Positions 20,236-28,859 of a DNA stretch of 64,000 bases are shown here, in pieces. The stretch's first letter is position 1. Each line of letters begins with the position of its first letter. The position numbers were made by a program, and so were the translations under genes. Source of the DNA: Lentisphaerota bacterium (GTDB lineage: Bacteria > Verrucomicrobiota > Kiritimatiellia > CAIQIC01 > Lenti-01); the NCBI GenBank assembly GCA_012514035.1, contig JAAZBB010000039.1, positions 2,137 through 66,136 of the forward strand, written 5' to 3'. A model generated the notes under the pieces. That model had not been told where the DNA came from. It was given only the letters and a program-made list of their open reading frames with translations, and did no database searches.

Positions 20236-20994
20236 ATGGGATTGAAGGTGATGGGGTGGGTGGCGATTGCGGCCCTGGCCACGACCGTTCACGCCGAGAC
20301 GGTGCTGGAGCGTGTGTTGGCGTCCTATGACGCCGTGCAGAACGTCAGTTGCGAGATCCGGCGCGATACGCCCCTGCCGGACGGCGGGACGCTCCGCATG
20401 CTCAGCCGCGTGTATTTTCAGCGGCCCGACCGGCTCCATGTCGAAAATTACAGCCCGGTCAAGCGCCGCATCGTGTGCGATGGCGCCGTGTTCCGCAGCT
20501 ACACCGAAGGCGCCTCCCAGGGCTTTTCCCGACCGGTGGAGGAATTGAACGAGGACATGCTGCGCAACCTGCGGATGGTGCCTGGTTCGGCCGCCAACCT
20601 GCTGGAGGTGCTGGCGGGCACCCCCGAGGTGCCCTTGGAGCCGACGGAGGAATTTCCCGTCCGCGCCGGCTACGACAACGGCAAGTCCTTTGCCGTGCTG
20701 TCATTGGATGCCCAAGGGCGTCTCGCCCGGTTCGAAATCTATGGCTCCGCGGCCATGACGGATCTGCAGACCCGCACGGAATTTTCCGCCTTCCAGGAAG
20801 TGGCTCCGGGCGCGTGGATCGCCTGCCGGCAACAGGCCACGATCACCATCCAAGGCATGGAACGCACCGAAACCACCCGCGTGGACAATATCGTTGCCAA
20901 TGGCGAAATTCCGGCCTCGTTATTCGAAGCCGGCCCGTTCTTTGCGGGTGTGGAGTTTGTGGATTCATTCGAAAAAATCGCCAACGGATTATAA
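20236..20994 (+). CDS. LolA-like (outer-membrane lipoprotein carrier fold) periplasmic protein.
   Basis: Signal peptide and a LolA-like N-terminal pattern (VYFQRPDRLHVENY...IVCDGAVFRSY). An AGGAGA Shine-Dalgarno lies upstream. Confidence 0.5.
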   Translation: MGLKVMGWVAIAALATTVHAETVLERVLASYDAVQNVSCEIRRDTPLPDGGTLRMLSRVYFQRPDRLHVENYSPVKRRIVCDGAVFRSYTEGASQGFSRPVEELNEDMLRNLRMVPGSAANLLEVLAGTPEVPLEPTEEFPVRAGYDNGKSFAVLSLDAQGRLARFEIYGSAAMTDLQTRTEFSAFQEVAPGAWIACRQQATITIQGMERTETTRVDNIVANGEIPASLFEAGPFFAGVEFVDSFEKIANGL

Positions 20995-21071
20995 CCACCT
21001 TTTCATTGACTTTTTTGCCGGGAGGCCCGATACTAAACCCCAAAAAAAATAACGCATCAACAGGAGAAAGC

Positions 21072-21371
21072 ATGAAGAAACTCATTGCAGGCTTGATGGT
21101 TGGGCTCATGGTGCTGGCGGTGACGGCACCGGCGGCGGATGCGGCGGCGAAGGGCGCCGGACGGGGCGGTTTCGTGGGCTTCATCGCCGGTTGCTGCTTC
21201 GGGATCCGGTCGGGTTCGGCCTTTAACGACGGCAAGGAAATCCACTTCCGCGAGTGGTGCCGGCTGATCCCCTACGTGAACATCGTATTTGCCATCTGGG
21301 ATGGCGTCGATGGTGCCAAGGGCACGACCACGGCCGACCTGGCTTCCCAGTACGGCGCGACCTACTACTAA
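21072..21371 (+). CDS. Small membrane or exported protein (99 aa), paralog A. It contains a GF(V/I)xGCCFGIRSGxA(F/Y)NDGK motif.
   Basis: ACAGGAGAA Shine-Dalgarno upstream. Signal peptide or transmembrane segment at the N-terminus. It is about 60% identical to the next gene. Confidence 0.5.
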   Translation: MKKLIAGLMVGLMVLAVTAPAADAAAKGAGRGGFVGFIAGCCFGIRSGSAFNDGKEIHFREWCRLIPYVNIVFAIWDGVDGAKGTTTADLASQYGATYY

Positions 21372-21396
21372 ACAATCTGAACAGGAGAAGATCCAC

Positions 21397-21687
21397 ATGA
21401 AGAAAATGGTTGCCGGTCTCTTGGTTGTGCTGTTCGTCCTGATGTCATTCGCCCCCGCGGTTTCCGCTGCCGGCGAACGGGGCGGTGTCCTGGGCTTCGT
21501 TTTTGGCTGCTGCTTCGGCATTCGTTCCGGGGCCGCCTACAACGACGGCAAGGATCTGCACTGGCGCGAATGGGTATTGGTGGTGCCGATCGCCGGCTGG
21601 GTCGTGGCGATCCTGAACGGCCTGGACGGCATGAATGGCTTGACCACGAAAGACATGGCCGCCCAATACGGCGCCAACTTCTACTAA
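21397..21687 (+). CDS. Small membrane or exported protein (96 aa), paralog B of the previous gene.
   Basis: Identical ACAGGAGAA Shine-Dalgarno. It shares the GCCFGIRSG and QYGAxxY blocks with paralog A. Confidence 0.5.
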   Translation: MKKMVAGLLVVLFVLMSFAPAVSAAGERGGVLGFVFGCCFGIRSGAAYNDGKDLHWREWVLVVPIAGWVVAILNGLDGMNGLTTKDMAAQYGANFY

Positions 21688-21692
21688 CCCGC

Positions 21693-22541
21693 ATGTCCGT
21701 CCCGCGGACAGCGGCGCACAAGATTCCGGGCCTGGCGCCCGGAATCTTTTTTTTCGGGCTGTCGCTGGCGGCGGCGGCCGCACCTCTTGACCTTGCCGTG
21801 GATCTGTTCGCGGAAGGCCAGTGGGCCGCGGCGCGCACGGAGGCCCGGCGCGTTCAAACGCATGCCGTCGCGGCCGAAGCCGACCGCGCCCGGCTGCTCG
21901 CGGCGATTTCCGCCTTGCGGCTGAATCCGGGGGACGAATCGGCCCGGGCTGACCTGGCCGCACTCTGGCAGGCTCCCGCGGCCGACCTGGAGACCCGCTG
22001 CATGGCGGCTTATGAGTTCGGCCTGGCCGACTGGGCCGCGGGCGGCGCGCAGGCTCCTGCGGCCCTCGAATTCGCTTTTTTGCAGACCCGCCAGGTGCCG
22101 CTGTTCTGGCGCGCGGGCTGCTCGTTGTATTTCTACTTGAAAGCCGACCGGCGGTTGCGCAAGGAGAAGGCGGCTGTCTGGCAATCGCTGCAGAGCTGCC
22201 GGGATGCCTGGCCGCTGGAGGTGTGGCGGGAATGCCGGCCGCGCCGTCCGGCGGGCCATTCGCTCGGTTCCCGGCCCGGCAAATGGATCGTCCAATTCTA
22301 CCGTGCGCAGATCGCCCCGGCCATCGGCGCCCGTTGCGACCTCGAGCCGAGCTGCTCGGAGTATTTTCAACAGGCCAGCCGCGCGCACGGCCTGCTCGGC
22401 ATTCCCCTCATGGCCGACCGCTTTGTCCGCGAGCCTTCCGTGGTAGCGGCGAAGGAAAAGCCGGTGGAAATGCCTGGCGGCGGCATCCGCTATGCCGATC
22501 CGGTCTCCGACCATGATTTCTGGCTGAAGGGGACGCCATGA
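21693..22541 (+). CDS. Fusion protein. An N-terminal exported domain is joined to a C-terminal YidD (membrane protein insertion efficiency factor) domain.
   Basis: C-terminal CDLEPSCSEYFQQASRAHGLLGIPLMADRFVRE plus GGIRYADPV matches the YidD signature. The N-terminal domain is paralogous to the next gene. Confidence 0.6.
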   Translation: MSVPRTAAHKIPGLAPGIFFFGLSLAAAAAPLDLAVDLFAEGQWAAARTEARRVQTHAVAAEADRARLLAAISALRLNPGDESARADLAALWQAPAADLETRCMAAYEFGLADWAAGGAQAPAALEFAFLQTRQVPLFWRAGCSLYFYLKADRRLRKEKAAVWQSLQSCRDAWPLEVWRECRPRRPAGHSLGSRPGKWIVQFYRAQIAPAIGARCDLEPSCSEYFQQASRAHGLLGIPLMADRFVREPSVVAAKEKPVEMPGGGIRYADPVSDHDFWLKGTP

Positions 22542-22560
22542 AAAAGAGGGCAGAGGTTAG

Positions 22561-22588
22561 AGGTCAGGGTTCAGGGTTCGGGGTTCAG
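22561..22588. repeat. Four tandem copies of the 7-bp unit GGTTCAG, with two variants (AGGTCAG, GGTTCGG), immediately upstream of the palindrome array.
   Basis: Direct reading. Confidence 0.6.
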
Positions 22589-22608
22589 GGGGGGCGGACC
22601 AGAAAAAG

Positions 22609-22712
22609 TTTTCCACACTGTGGAAAAATATTTTCCACACTGTGGAAAAAACACCCCCTATTTTTCCACACAATGGAAAAAATTTTCGGCGATTTTCCAC
22701 ACAATGGAAAAA
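22609..22712. repeat. Array A. Four palindromic 19-20-bp units: TTTTCCACACTGTGGAAAA (x2) and TTTTCCACACAATGGAAAA (x2), spaced 22, 31 and 31 bp apart. Each unit is a pair of DnaA-box-like half-sites (TTWTNCACA).
   Basis: Direct reading. The array is a reverse-complement copy of the one at 59748-59830. Confidence 0.75.
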
Positions 22713-22816
22713 TATTTCGTGAATCATGCGGGCCCGGCTTTTCTGTAGGCCGGGTCGGTGACCCGGCGGTTTTCTGGCCCGGTTGTTGCCGCGCCCGTTG
22801 GGCGCGGGGATTCGGG

Positions 22817-23650
22817 GTGGTGGCACTTTGCGCGGCTTCCGCATGGGGGGAAGGCCCCGCCCGGCTCGCGCTGGATTTGTCCGCCGAGGGGCGGCATGAG
22901 GCCGCGGCGATCGAATTCCGGCGCCTGGCGCTGGCGGATCCCGTCGCCACGAATGCCGCCGGTTGGTTCTGGCTGGCCGCCCACGAGTATGCACAGGAGG
23001 GGGCATGGGAGCAGTCCAACCGGATGCTCGACCGGGCGGAAGATGCTGCGCCGCTGGCGTTGCCCATCCCGGTGGCGTGGCGGCGCGCGGAAAACGCGCT
23101 GGGAGAGCGGGACTGGACCTCGGCCGCTTTCCACTTCGACAGCCTGCGGCTCAAGGCCGATGCCGACGACCTGCGCGAGTTTGCCGCCCGCGGGGCGGCG
23201 GCAGCCCGGCTGCGCGAAAAGAATCTAGCCGATGCGCGCCAGGCGCTGGCGGTTGCGCCCGGCGATGTGGCCGCCGCCCGGCAGGCGCTTGACCGTTATG
23301 CAACCGGACGCGACAAGCGGCCGTGGCTGGGCGGCGTCCTGGGCTTGGTGCCGGGGCTCGGCTATGTCTATTCCGGAGAATACGCCAACGCCGCGCGATC
23401 GCTCATTCTCAACAGCCTCTTCCTGTGGGGCATGGTCGAGACGGCCACCGATGACCAGTGGGGCGTGTTTGCCGTGCTGACCTTCGCGGAATTCACCTGG
23501 TATTCCGGCAGCATCTATGGGGGCATTGACGCCGCCCACCGCTTTAACCAGCGCCGGCTGGACGGAGCGGTCACCCATGTCCGAGGAGAGACCCGCCTGC
23601 TGCCGGATCCGATGCAGATTCCCGTCATCTGGCTGACGTTCGACTATTGA
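22817..23650 (+). CDS. Exported or membrane protein. Its N-domain is paralogous to the YidD-fusion gene and its C-terminal hydrophobic domain is distinct. The start is uncertain.
   Basis: Similarity to the upstream gene begins at GFGVVALCAASAWGEGPARLALDLSAEG. The longer ORF from 22538 would translate through the repeat array, which is implausible. A GTG at 22817 is proposed as the start. Confidence 0.45.
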   Translation: MVALCAASAWGEGPARLALDLSAEGRHEAAAIEFRRLALADPVATNAAGWFWLAAHEYAQEGAWEQSNRMLDRAEDAAPLALPIPVAWRRAENALGERDWTSAAFHFDSLRLKADADDLREFAARGAAAARLREKNLADARQALAVAPGDVAAARQALDRYATGRDKRPWLGGVLGLVPGLGYVYSGEYANAARSLILNSLFLWGMVETATDDQWGVFAVLTFAEFTWYSGSIYGGIDAAHRFNQRRLDGAVTHVRGETRLLPDPMQIPVIWLTFDY

Positions 23651-23883
23651 TCAAGCGCGTGAGCCCGCCGGGGTTCCAAGCCCCCCCCCACGATGAGGCT
23701 GTCACGTGCGCAATAGACTGCATCTGGCTGGGCGAAGTGGGGTTGGGCGCACATTACCGTTGTTTTGTCTTGTGCCGGAAATTCCAAAGGGTCTAAAATC
23801 AACAAAAATTGGTCTGACTGTCATTGCGATTTTAAAACAGCAAGGTTCGGCTGGCCTCAAGCCGGCAACGAAAGGACAGGCAC

Positions 23884-24570
23884 ATGAAGAGGATCGGGTT
23901 GGCGGGGTTGGTGTTCATGGGGTTGGTGCTCACGGCAAGCGCCCAGTACGGGCGGGGATCCCTGGAAGGCGATGAAGGGTTGGGCCGGGCGCCGTTGCCT
24001 AAGCCCAGCGATGACACCTTCTTCGGCGGCGGGACCTGGGGCGTGAAGGCCGGGCTGGGTTGGGCCTTCCTCGACTGGGAACTGGGGGCGGCGGAAGGGT
24101 CGGATAATCAATTCGTGCCGCAGGGCTCCGTGTTCTACAAGGCGACCGACAACCTTGATTTCAACCTCTCGGCGATGTTCGTGTCCGGCGAGGACGAGGA
24201 CGACGAGCTGGGCGACACCGATGCCGACCTCGCGCGGCTGGCGCTGGGCGTGCGCTACTGGTTCGACACGCAGTCGCGGTTCGTGCCGTACCTGGGCGCG
24301 GGCATCGGCTACTACATCGTGGACGGTTCGACGGACAACACCCGCGAAGACGGAGTGGTGGTTCCCGCCAGCGGCATTTCGGTGGATAACTGCCCCGGGG
24401 CGTTTGTGGAGGGCGGCGTCGCGTATCAGATTGCCGACAACTTCTTTGTCACTGCCGAGGCCACCTATGACTTCCTGCTGGGTTCGGCCGACGCCAAGAT
24501 CAACGGGGAAGACGAGGACTTCAAGGTGAGTTCCCTGGCCATCGGGCTGGGGGTGGCCTTCATGTTCTAG
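23884..24570 (+). CDS. Outer-membrane beta-barrel protein (OmpA/OmpW-like small barrel).
   Basis: Signal peptide, alternating amphipathic beta-strands and a C-terminal Phe (VAFMF). It is the first gene of the 13-gene exported-protein operon. Confidence 0.6.
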   Translation: MKRIGLAGLVFMGLVLTASAQYGRGSLEGDEGLGRAPLPKPSDDTFFGGGTWGVKAGLGWAFLDWELGAAEGSDNQFVPQGSVFYKATDNLDFNLSAMFVSGEDEDDELGDTDADLARLALGVRYWFDTQSRFVPYLGAGIGYYIVDGSTDNTREDGVVVPASGISVDNCPGAFVEGGVAYQIADNFFVTAEATYDFLLGSADAKINGEDEDFKVSSLAIGLGVAFMF

Positions 24571-24589
24571 AAAAAGCAGGAGCACCGGC

Positions 24590-25801
24590 ATGAAAAAGAA
24601 AATATTTGTCACGGTGGGATTGGGGGCCCTGCTTTTACTGGGGGCCTGCGTTCTGGCGCCCTTTGGCGGAGCCGAAACCCTCGCACAGGAGGATGAATCC
24701 GCACGCGACCACGTCAAGATCGAGATGCCGGGTCCTGGCGGCACGGAAATCACGGTCGTGGAAGGCACCGAGACCACCGAAGAAGAGGGTTACGTCGAAG
24801 CCACCAAGGTCACGACCAATACCGTCCGGGTGCCGGTCAAGACCGTGACCAAGGTGGTGGAAGTGCCCGTAGGGCTTTCCCAGCCCCACAAGGCGCGCCT
24901 GGCCGTCCTGCCGGCGATCTTCTCGGAGCATTTCCATCCGGTCTTCAAGTTCAGCGAACAACTGGAAATGTCCGGACAGATGGACCTCAAGATGGTCTTC
25001 ACCCGTGAGCAGGAATCGCGCATGGAGGCGCCGAGCTTCACGCTCTCGCTGAACGAGGCCTTCGTCAAGTCGCGCAAGTTCGACGTGCTGGAACGGGGCC
25101 GCCTGGCCGAAACGCTGCAGGAGATTGATTTCGGCGAGAGCGACTACGCGGATCCCTCCAAAGTCGTGCCGATGGGGCTGGCCCAGAACGCGGAATACGT
25201 GGTGCTGCCGGAAATCGAGGTCATTCATCTGGTGACGGAACTGAAGGAAATTCCCTACGTGGACACCGTGAAGCCCATCCTGAAGGGCAAGATGATTGCC
25301 CGCCTGCGCGTGGTGGACACCGCCACCACGAAGGTAGCCGCCGCCTGCCGCGAAGAGGTGGCGGTCGAACGGAAGCTCAAGGCCAACAATCCGTTCATCC
25401 AGTCGGAAGGCATGAACCTGATCATGGACTTATACGAGACCGCCAGCCTGCGGCTGCTGCACCGCACGCTGGAGGCCATCTATCCGGTCAAGCTCATGAA
25501 GGTGGAGGAGGGGCGGGCGTTCCTCAACCGGGGCGAGGGGGCCATTGCGGTGGGCGATGAATTCGAGATCTATACGCTGGGCCAGGAACTGGTGGACCCG
25601 GACACCAACGAGTCATTGGGCTCCAGCGAGACCCGCGTGGCCCTGCTGCGCGTGTCCCGCGTGGCGCCCAAGTTCGCCGAGGCCGAGATTGTCGAAGGGG
25701 CGGAAGCCATGACGGGCGATGTGCGGGCGTTCGTCTGCCGCGAATCCGCGCAATCCATCGCGGCCAAGACGACGGTTTCGCCCCGCTCGATGAACTGGTA
25801 G
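24590..25801 (+). CDS. Lipoprotein with a CsgG/LpoB-fold central domain.
   Basis: Lipobox LLGAC. The central block (FVKSRKFDVLERGRLAETLQEIDFGE...GLAQNAEYVVLPEI...ARLRVVDTATT) matches the CsgG/LpoB/TolB-N-like pattern. Confidence 0.55.
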   Translation: MKKKIFVTVGLGALLLLGACVLAPFGGAETLAQEDESARDHVKIEMPGPGGTEITVVEGTETTEEEGYVEATKVTTNTVRVPVKTVTKVVEVPVGLSQPHKARLAVLPAIFSEHFHPVFKFSEQLEMSGQMDLKMVFTREQESRMEAPSFTLSLNEAFVKSRKFDVLERGRLAETLQEIDFGESDYADPSKVVPMGLAQNAEYVVLPEIEVIHLVTELKEIPYVDTVKPILKGKMIARLRVVDTATTKVAAACREEVAVERKLKANNPFIQSEGMNLIMDLYETASLRLLHRTLEAIYPVKLMKVEEGRAFLNRGEGAIAVGDEFEIYTLGQELVDPDTNESLGSSETRVALLRVSRVAPKFAEAEIVEGAEAMTGDVRAFVCRESAQSIAAKTTVSPRSMNW

Positions 25802-25820
25802 CCGGAACGAGGAGAACAAG

Positions 25821-26240
25821 ATGAACATGCGCATGGTGTTGTTGGCGGCGGCCCTGGCGGGCGCCGTCCTGGCGGGGGGCTGCATTTCCTCGGCGCCCCA
25901 GGAGGTGGAATTCGACGACGGGATCTATACCGTCAAGTCGCACTCCCTGACGTTGCGGCAGCATGTCCGGCTGACCCGCCGGACGGTGGACTTCAACAAA
26001 AACGGCTTCCTGCAGGCGCAGATCGAGGCCGTCAACCTGGGCCGCAAGGATGTCCAGTTCCAATACCGGTTCCGCTGGCTGAACGAGCAGAAGATGCTCA
26101 TCCCTGCAGCGACGGCGATCTGGAAGCCGGTTTCCGTGGGGGCCCGTTCGACGGAGTACTTCACCTCGACGGCGCCGACGACCGACGCCCGGGACTTCTT
26201 CATGGAAGTCCGGTTCGTGCACGATTCCACCCGCTGGTAA
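25821..26240 (+). CDS. YcfL-like (DUF1425) small lipoprotein.
   Basis: Lipobox LAGGC. VQFQYRFRWLNEQKM aligns with E. coli YcfL (VHVHYRFYWYDAKG). Confidence 0.55.
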   Translation: MNMRMVLLAAALAGAVLAGGCISSAPQEVEFDDGIYTVKSHSLTLRQHVRLTRRTVDFNKNGFLQAQIEAVNLGRKDVQFQYRFRWLNEQKMLIPAATAIWKPVSVGARSTEYFTSTAPTTDARDFFMEVRFVHDSTRW

Positions 26241-26250
26241 GGAGAAGCCG

Positions 26251-26865
26251 ATGAAACAGCTACCCATGGGTTTGATTGCGGTTCTGTGCGTGCTGGCGCT
26301 GGCGGGATGCGTGACTCCCCCGCGCGGAGATTATGTTCCCACCAGCGAGCCGGGCATCTCCTCGACCGCCCCCCGGCCGCATGACGTGCGGCTGGCCGTG
26401 ACGGAGATCGTGGACTCGATGTTCAACGAGTGGGATTTTGCCTCGCAGGCGGCCGGCAAGATGCCGTACATCGCGTTTTCGGGGATCGAAAATCAAACCC
26501 CGTACAACTGGAACCAAGATGAAATCGTTGGCTGGATCGAGGAGTCCGTCGTGCGCACCGGGAAGGCGACCTTCTCGAACGCGACGGATCCGAACCGGCG
26601 CGGCGGTCGCTCGGGCCAGTTGTATCGGCAGATCGACTTCCAGGATCCGGACAACGAATACGTGGACCAGTCGACGGCCGTGAAGAAGGGCGGGATTCAA
26701 GGCGCGGACTACGAGCTCTTCGGGCGCATCTACACGTATGAGGAGCTGCGCTCCGGACGGATCACGGAGGCCAACTACGTGATCGAAATGACCCTGTCCA
26801 GCCTGCGGACGGGCGGGACGGTGTGGAAGAAGATGGTTCCGATCCGCAAGAACGTGCGGCGCTGA
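26251..26865 (+). CDS. LpoB-like lipoprotein (fold of the penicillin-binding-protein activator LpoB).
   Basis: Lipobox LAGC, a disordered Pro-rich linker, and a C-domain that aligns with E. coli LpoB (ENQTPYNW...GKATFSNAT; GADYELFGRIYTYEE...EMTLSSLRTGGTVWKK). Confidence 0.6.
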   Translation: MKQLPMGLIAVLCVLALAGCVTPPRGDYVPTSEPGISSTAPRPHDVRLAVTEIVDSMFNEWDFASQAAGKMPYIAFSGIENQTPYNWNQDEIVGWIEESVVRTGKATFSNATDPNRRGGRSGQLYRQIDFQDPDNEYVDQSTAVKKGGIQGADYELFGRIYTYEELRSGRITEANYVIEMTLSSLRTGGTVWKKMVPIRKNVRR

Positions 26866-26877
26866 TCCGGCGGATTC

Positions 26878-27537
26878 ATGTCGCCGGCCCAACGGCTTGT
26901 TCGCAACACCACTGGCACATGCCGGAAGGGCGGCGCCTTTCTTTGCCTGGGGCGCGGGCTGCTGGTCTGGGGGGGCGTGCTGCTGGCGGCCGGCTGCGCT
27001 TCGACCACGCTGAACCGGCCGCGCGATTTCGGCGCGGTGGTGGGGCGGGAGCCGGCATCCATCGCGCTGGGCGAGATCCGCGACAACGTCGCCTGCGACG
27101 ACGAAGCCTTCTATCTCCAGCGCTATCTGGAAGGCCAGCGGGTGTTCTACGATTGCGTGCTGGCGGACCGGTCGGATGTCCGGGCCTATCACGGGGCGGA
27201 CCTGATCGTCTCCGGCAAGATCGCCCCCGCCATCCAGACCCGGCGCCTGGGGTGGGGCGTCTTCGCGTCCTGGATCACGCTGGGCGGATACTACCTGCTC
27301 GGCGGGCCCACCCGGGAACAGGAAGTCCGGATCGCCTATGACTTCGAAGTGGAGTACGCCGATTCGGGCCAATCCCGAAACTACCGGTTCGAAGATGTGC
27401 GGCAGGCGACCTTCGGGCTCTACGGGCCGGGCATCAATCTGGATCAAAAGCCCGGGGTTTATATACCCGGCTGGGAACGGCTGCTCTACGAAATCTGCAA
27501 GGAAACGAAAGTCCAGCGGGCGGGGCGGGCACCATGA
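26878..27537 (+). CDS. Hypothetical lipoprotein.
   Basis: Lipobox LAAGC. The stop overlaps the next start (ATGA). Confidence 0.45.
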   Translation: MSPAQRLVRNTTGTCRKGGAFLCLGRGLLVWGGVLLAAGCASTTLNRPRDFGAVVGREPASIALGEIRDNVACDDEAFYLQRYLEGQRVFYDCVLADRSDVRAYHGADLIVSGKIAPAIQTRRLGWGVFASWITLGGYYLLGGPTREQEVRIAYDFEVEYADSGQSRNYRFEDVRQATFGLYGPGINLDQKPGVYIPGWERLLYEICKETKVQRAGRAP

Positions 27538-28859
27538 ACCGGGCTGTCCGGCACATCCTGCGGGTTCTGATCCTTCCCGGCCTGGCGCTGGGTTTTTCCG
27601 CCGGCTGCACCTCCCTGCCGGCCTCGGCCCGGCGCGATGCCTTGTACAACCAGCAACAATATCCGGAAATCCGCGAACTGGCGGTGGACGATCTCGCCAT
27701 CCTGGGTCAATACGACCGGGCGGGTTGTGTTGCGGGCACGGTGACGGCCGGGGGGCAGGTCTTTGATTCGCAATATTACGACATGGCCGAGGAGGTCCGC
27801 AGCCTGACGCCCCAGGCCTACTTCGACATGGCGCGCGTGTCGCTGGACATGGGACGTTACCTCGATGCCATCCGCGCCGCCCAGAACGCCATCGAATCGG
27901 GCGCCATGTTCCTCGGGGATGATGAATGGGTGTTCCAGCGGATGATGAGCCTGCGGGAGAACCACAACATCCTCTACAAAGCCTACCTGTATTGCGGGGA
28001 TCTCGACAAGGCGGCCGTCCACCATCGGCAATACCTGTTGATGAACGAGCTGGTGAACAGCCAGGCTTTCAAGAAAGTCATGGCCAATTCCCTGCGCATC
28101 CGCATGACTTCGATGCGGCTGCGGTCGGACTATCAGGCCCGGCGGGCCGGCGCCAACCGGAACCAGGTTCTGATTGCCGCTGCAACCGTGGCCGCCGCCG
28201 CCGCCGCGAGCCAGAACAACTCGTCGTTCAAACCCGCACAAGCCGCCCAACTGGCGCAAATCGGCGTGATGGCCGTGGCCCTGCTGGAGGAATACAAGCA
28301 GGCCTTGAAATTGGAGCACAACCTCGATTTGGCCAAGCTGATGCGTGAGGCGGCCGACCTCAACCGTCTGCCCCCGCCGACGGCGGAAGACCTGCGCCGC
28401 GCCAAGATGGCGTCCGACCTTTATCTTCTGGCGCGGGTTTCCGATCCCGGCAGCGCGCTGGACCAGGCCGAATTTGACGATCTCAAGCGGCTGGGAGCGG
28501 GTACGAGCGACCTGGTGACGTTGTCCATTGACGACAAGGGGCGCGTTCATGTGTCCGGCAACCTGGCCAAGCTGGTGGAGCTCTCGCGCAAGATCGACGA
28601 GGCGCCGCTGCGGCTGCCGCCGCCCCCCGAGGAAGGCGTGGACGCCTATCTCGACACCTATTTGACACCGGGACTCTACCGCATGGCCGGATTGCAGATG
28701 TCCACGGGCGAAATGCAGTTCTTCGACCGGCTCGTGCGCCGGGGCGGGGAGGAATTCGTGATCGACCCCGCGCAGGCCGAGGGCCAGATGGCCCTCCAGG
28801 GCCTCCACAAGATGATGCAGAAGACAACGGAATTCGAATCCTGGATCGCCTCGCTGTGA
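27534..28859 (+). CDS. Hypothetical lipoprotein of 441 aa with TPR-like helical regions.
   Basis: Lipobox FSAGC. Translationally coupled on both sides. Confidence 0.5.
   Translation: MNRAVRHILRVLILPGLALGFSAGCTSLPASARRDALYNQQQYPEIRELAVDDLAILGQYDRAGCVAGTVTAGGQVFDSQYYDMAEEVRSLTPQAYFDMARVSLDMGRYLDAIRAAQNAIESGAMFLGDDEWVFQRMMSLRENHNILYKAYLYCGDLDKAAVHHRQYLLMNELVNSQAFKKVMANSLRIRMTSMRLRSDYQARRAGANRNQVLIAAATVAAAAAASQNNSSFKPAQAAQLAQIGVMAVALLEEYKQALKLEHNLDLAKLMREAADLNRLPPPTAEDLRRAKMASDLYLLARVSDPGSALDQAEFDDLKRLGAGTSDLVTLSIDDKGRVHVSGNLAKLVELSRKIDEAPLRLPPPPEEGVDAYLDTYLTPGLYRMAGLQMSTGEMQFFDRLVRRGGEEFVIDPAQAEGQMALQGLHKMMQKTTEFESWIASL

Noticed and set aside
22609-22712. A CRISPR array.
   Set aside because: There are only three or four units. 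The units are AT-rich perfect palindromes of about 19 bp. The spacers are 2-11 bp long and partly conserved between the two arrays. No cas genes are present.
22538-22816. The ORF-track N-terminus of the 22538..23650 protein (MKKRAEVRGQGSGFGVQGG...FPHCGKIFSTLWKKHPLFFHTMEKIFGDFPHNGKIF).
   Set aside because: This stretch is a translation of the GGTTCAG heptamer repeats and the palindromic array. Similarity to the paralog upstream only begins around 22817, so the real start is downstream, probably a GTG. An alternative is that an in-frame ATG inside the array is used.
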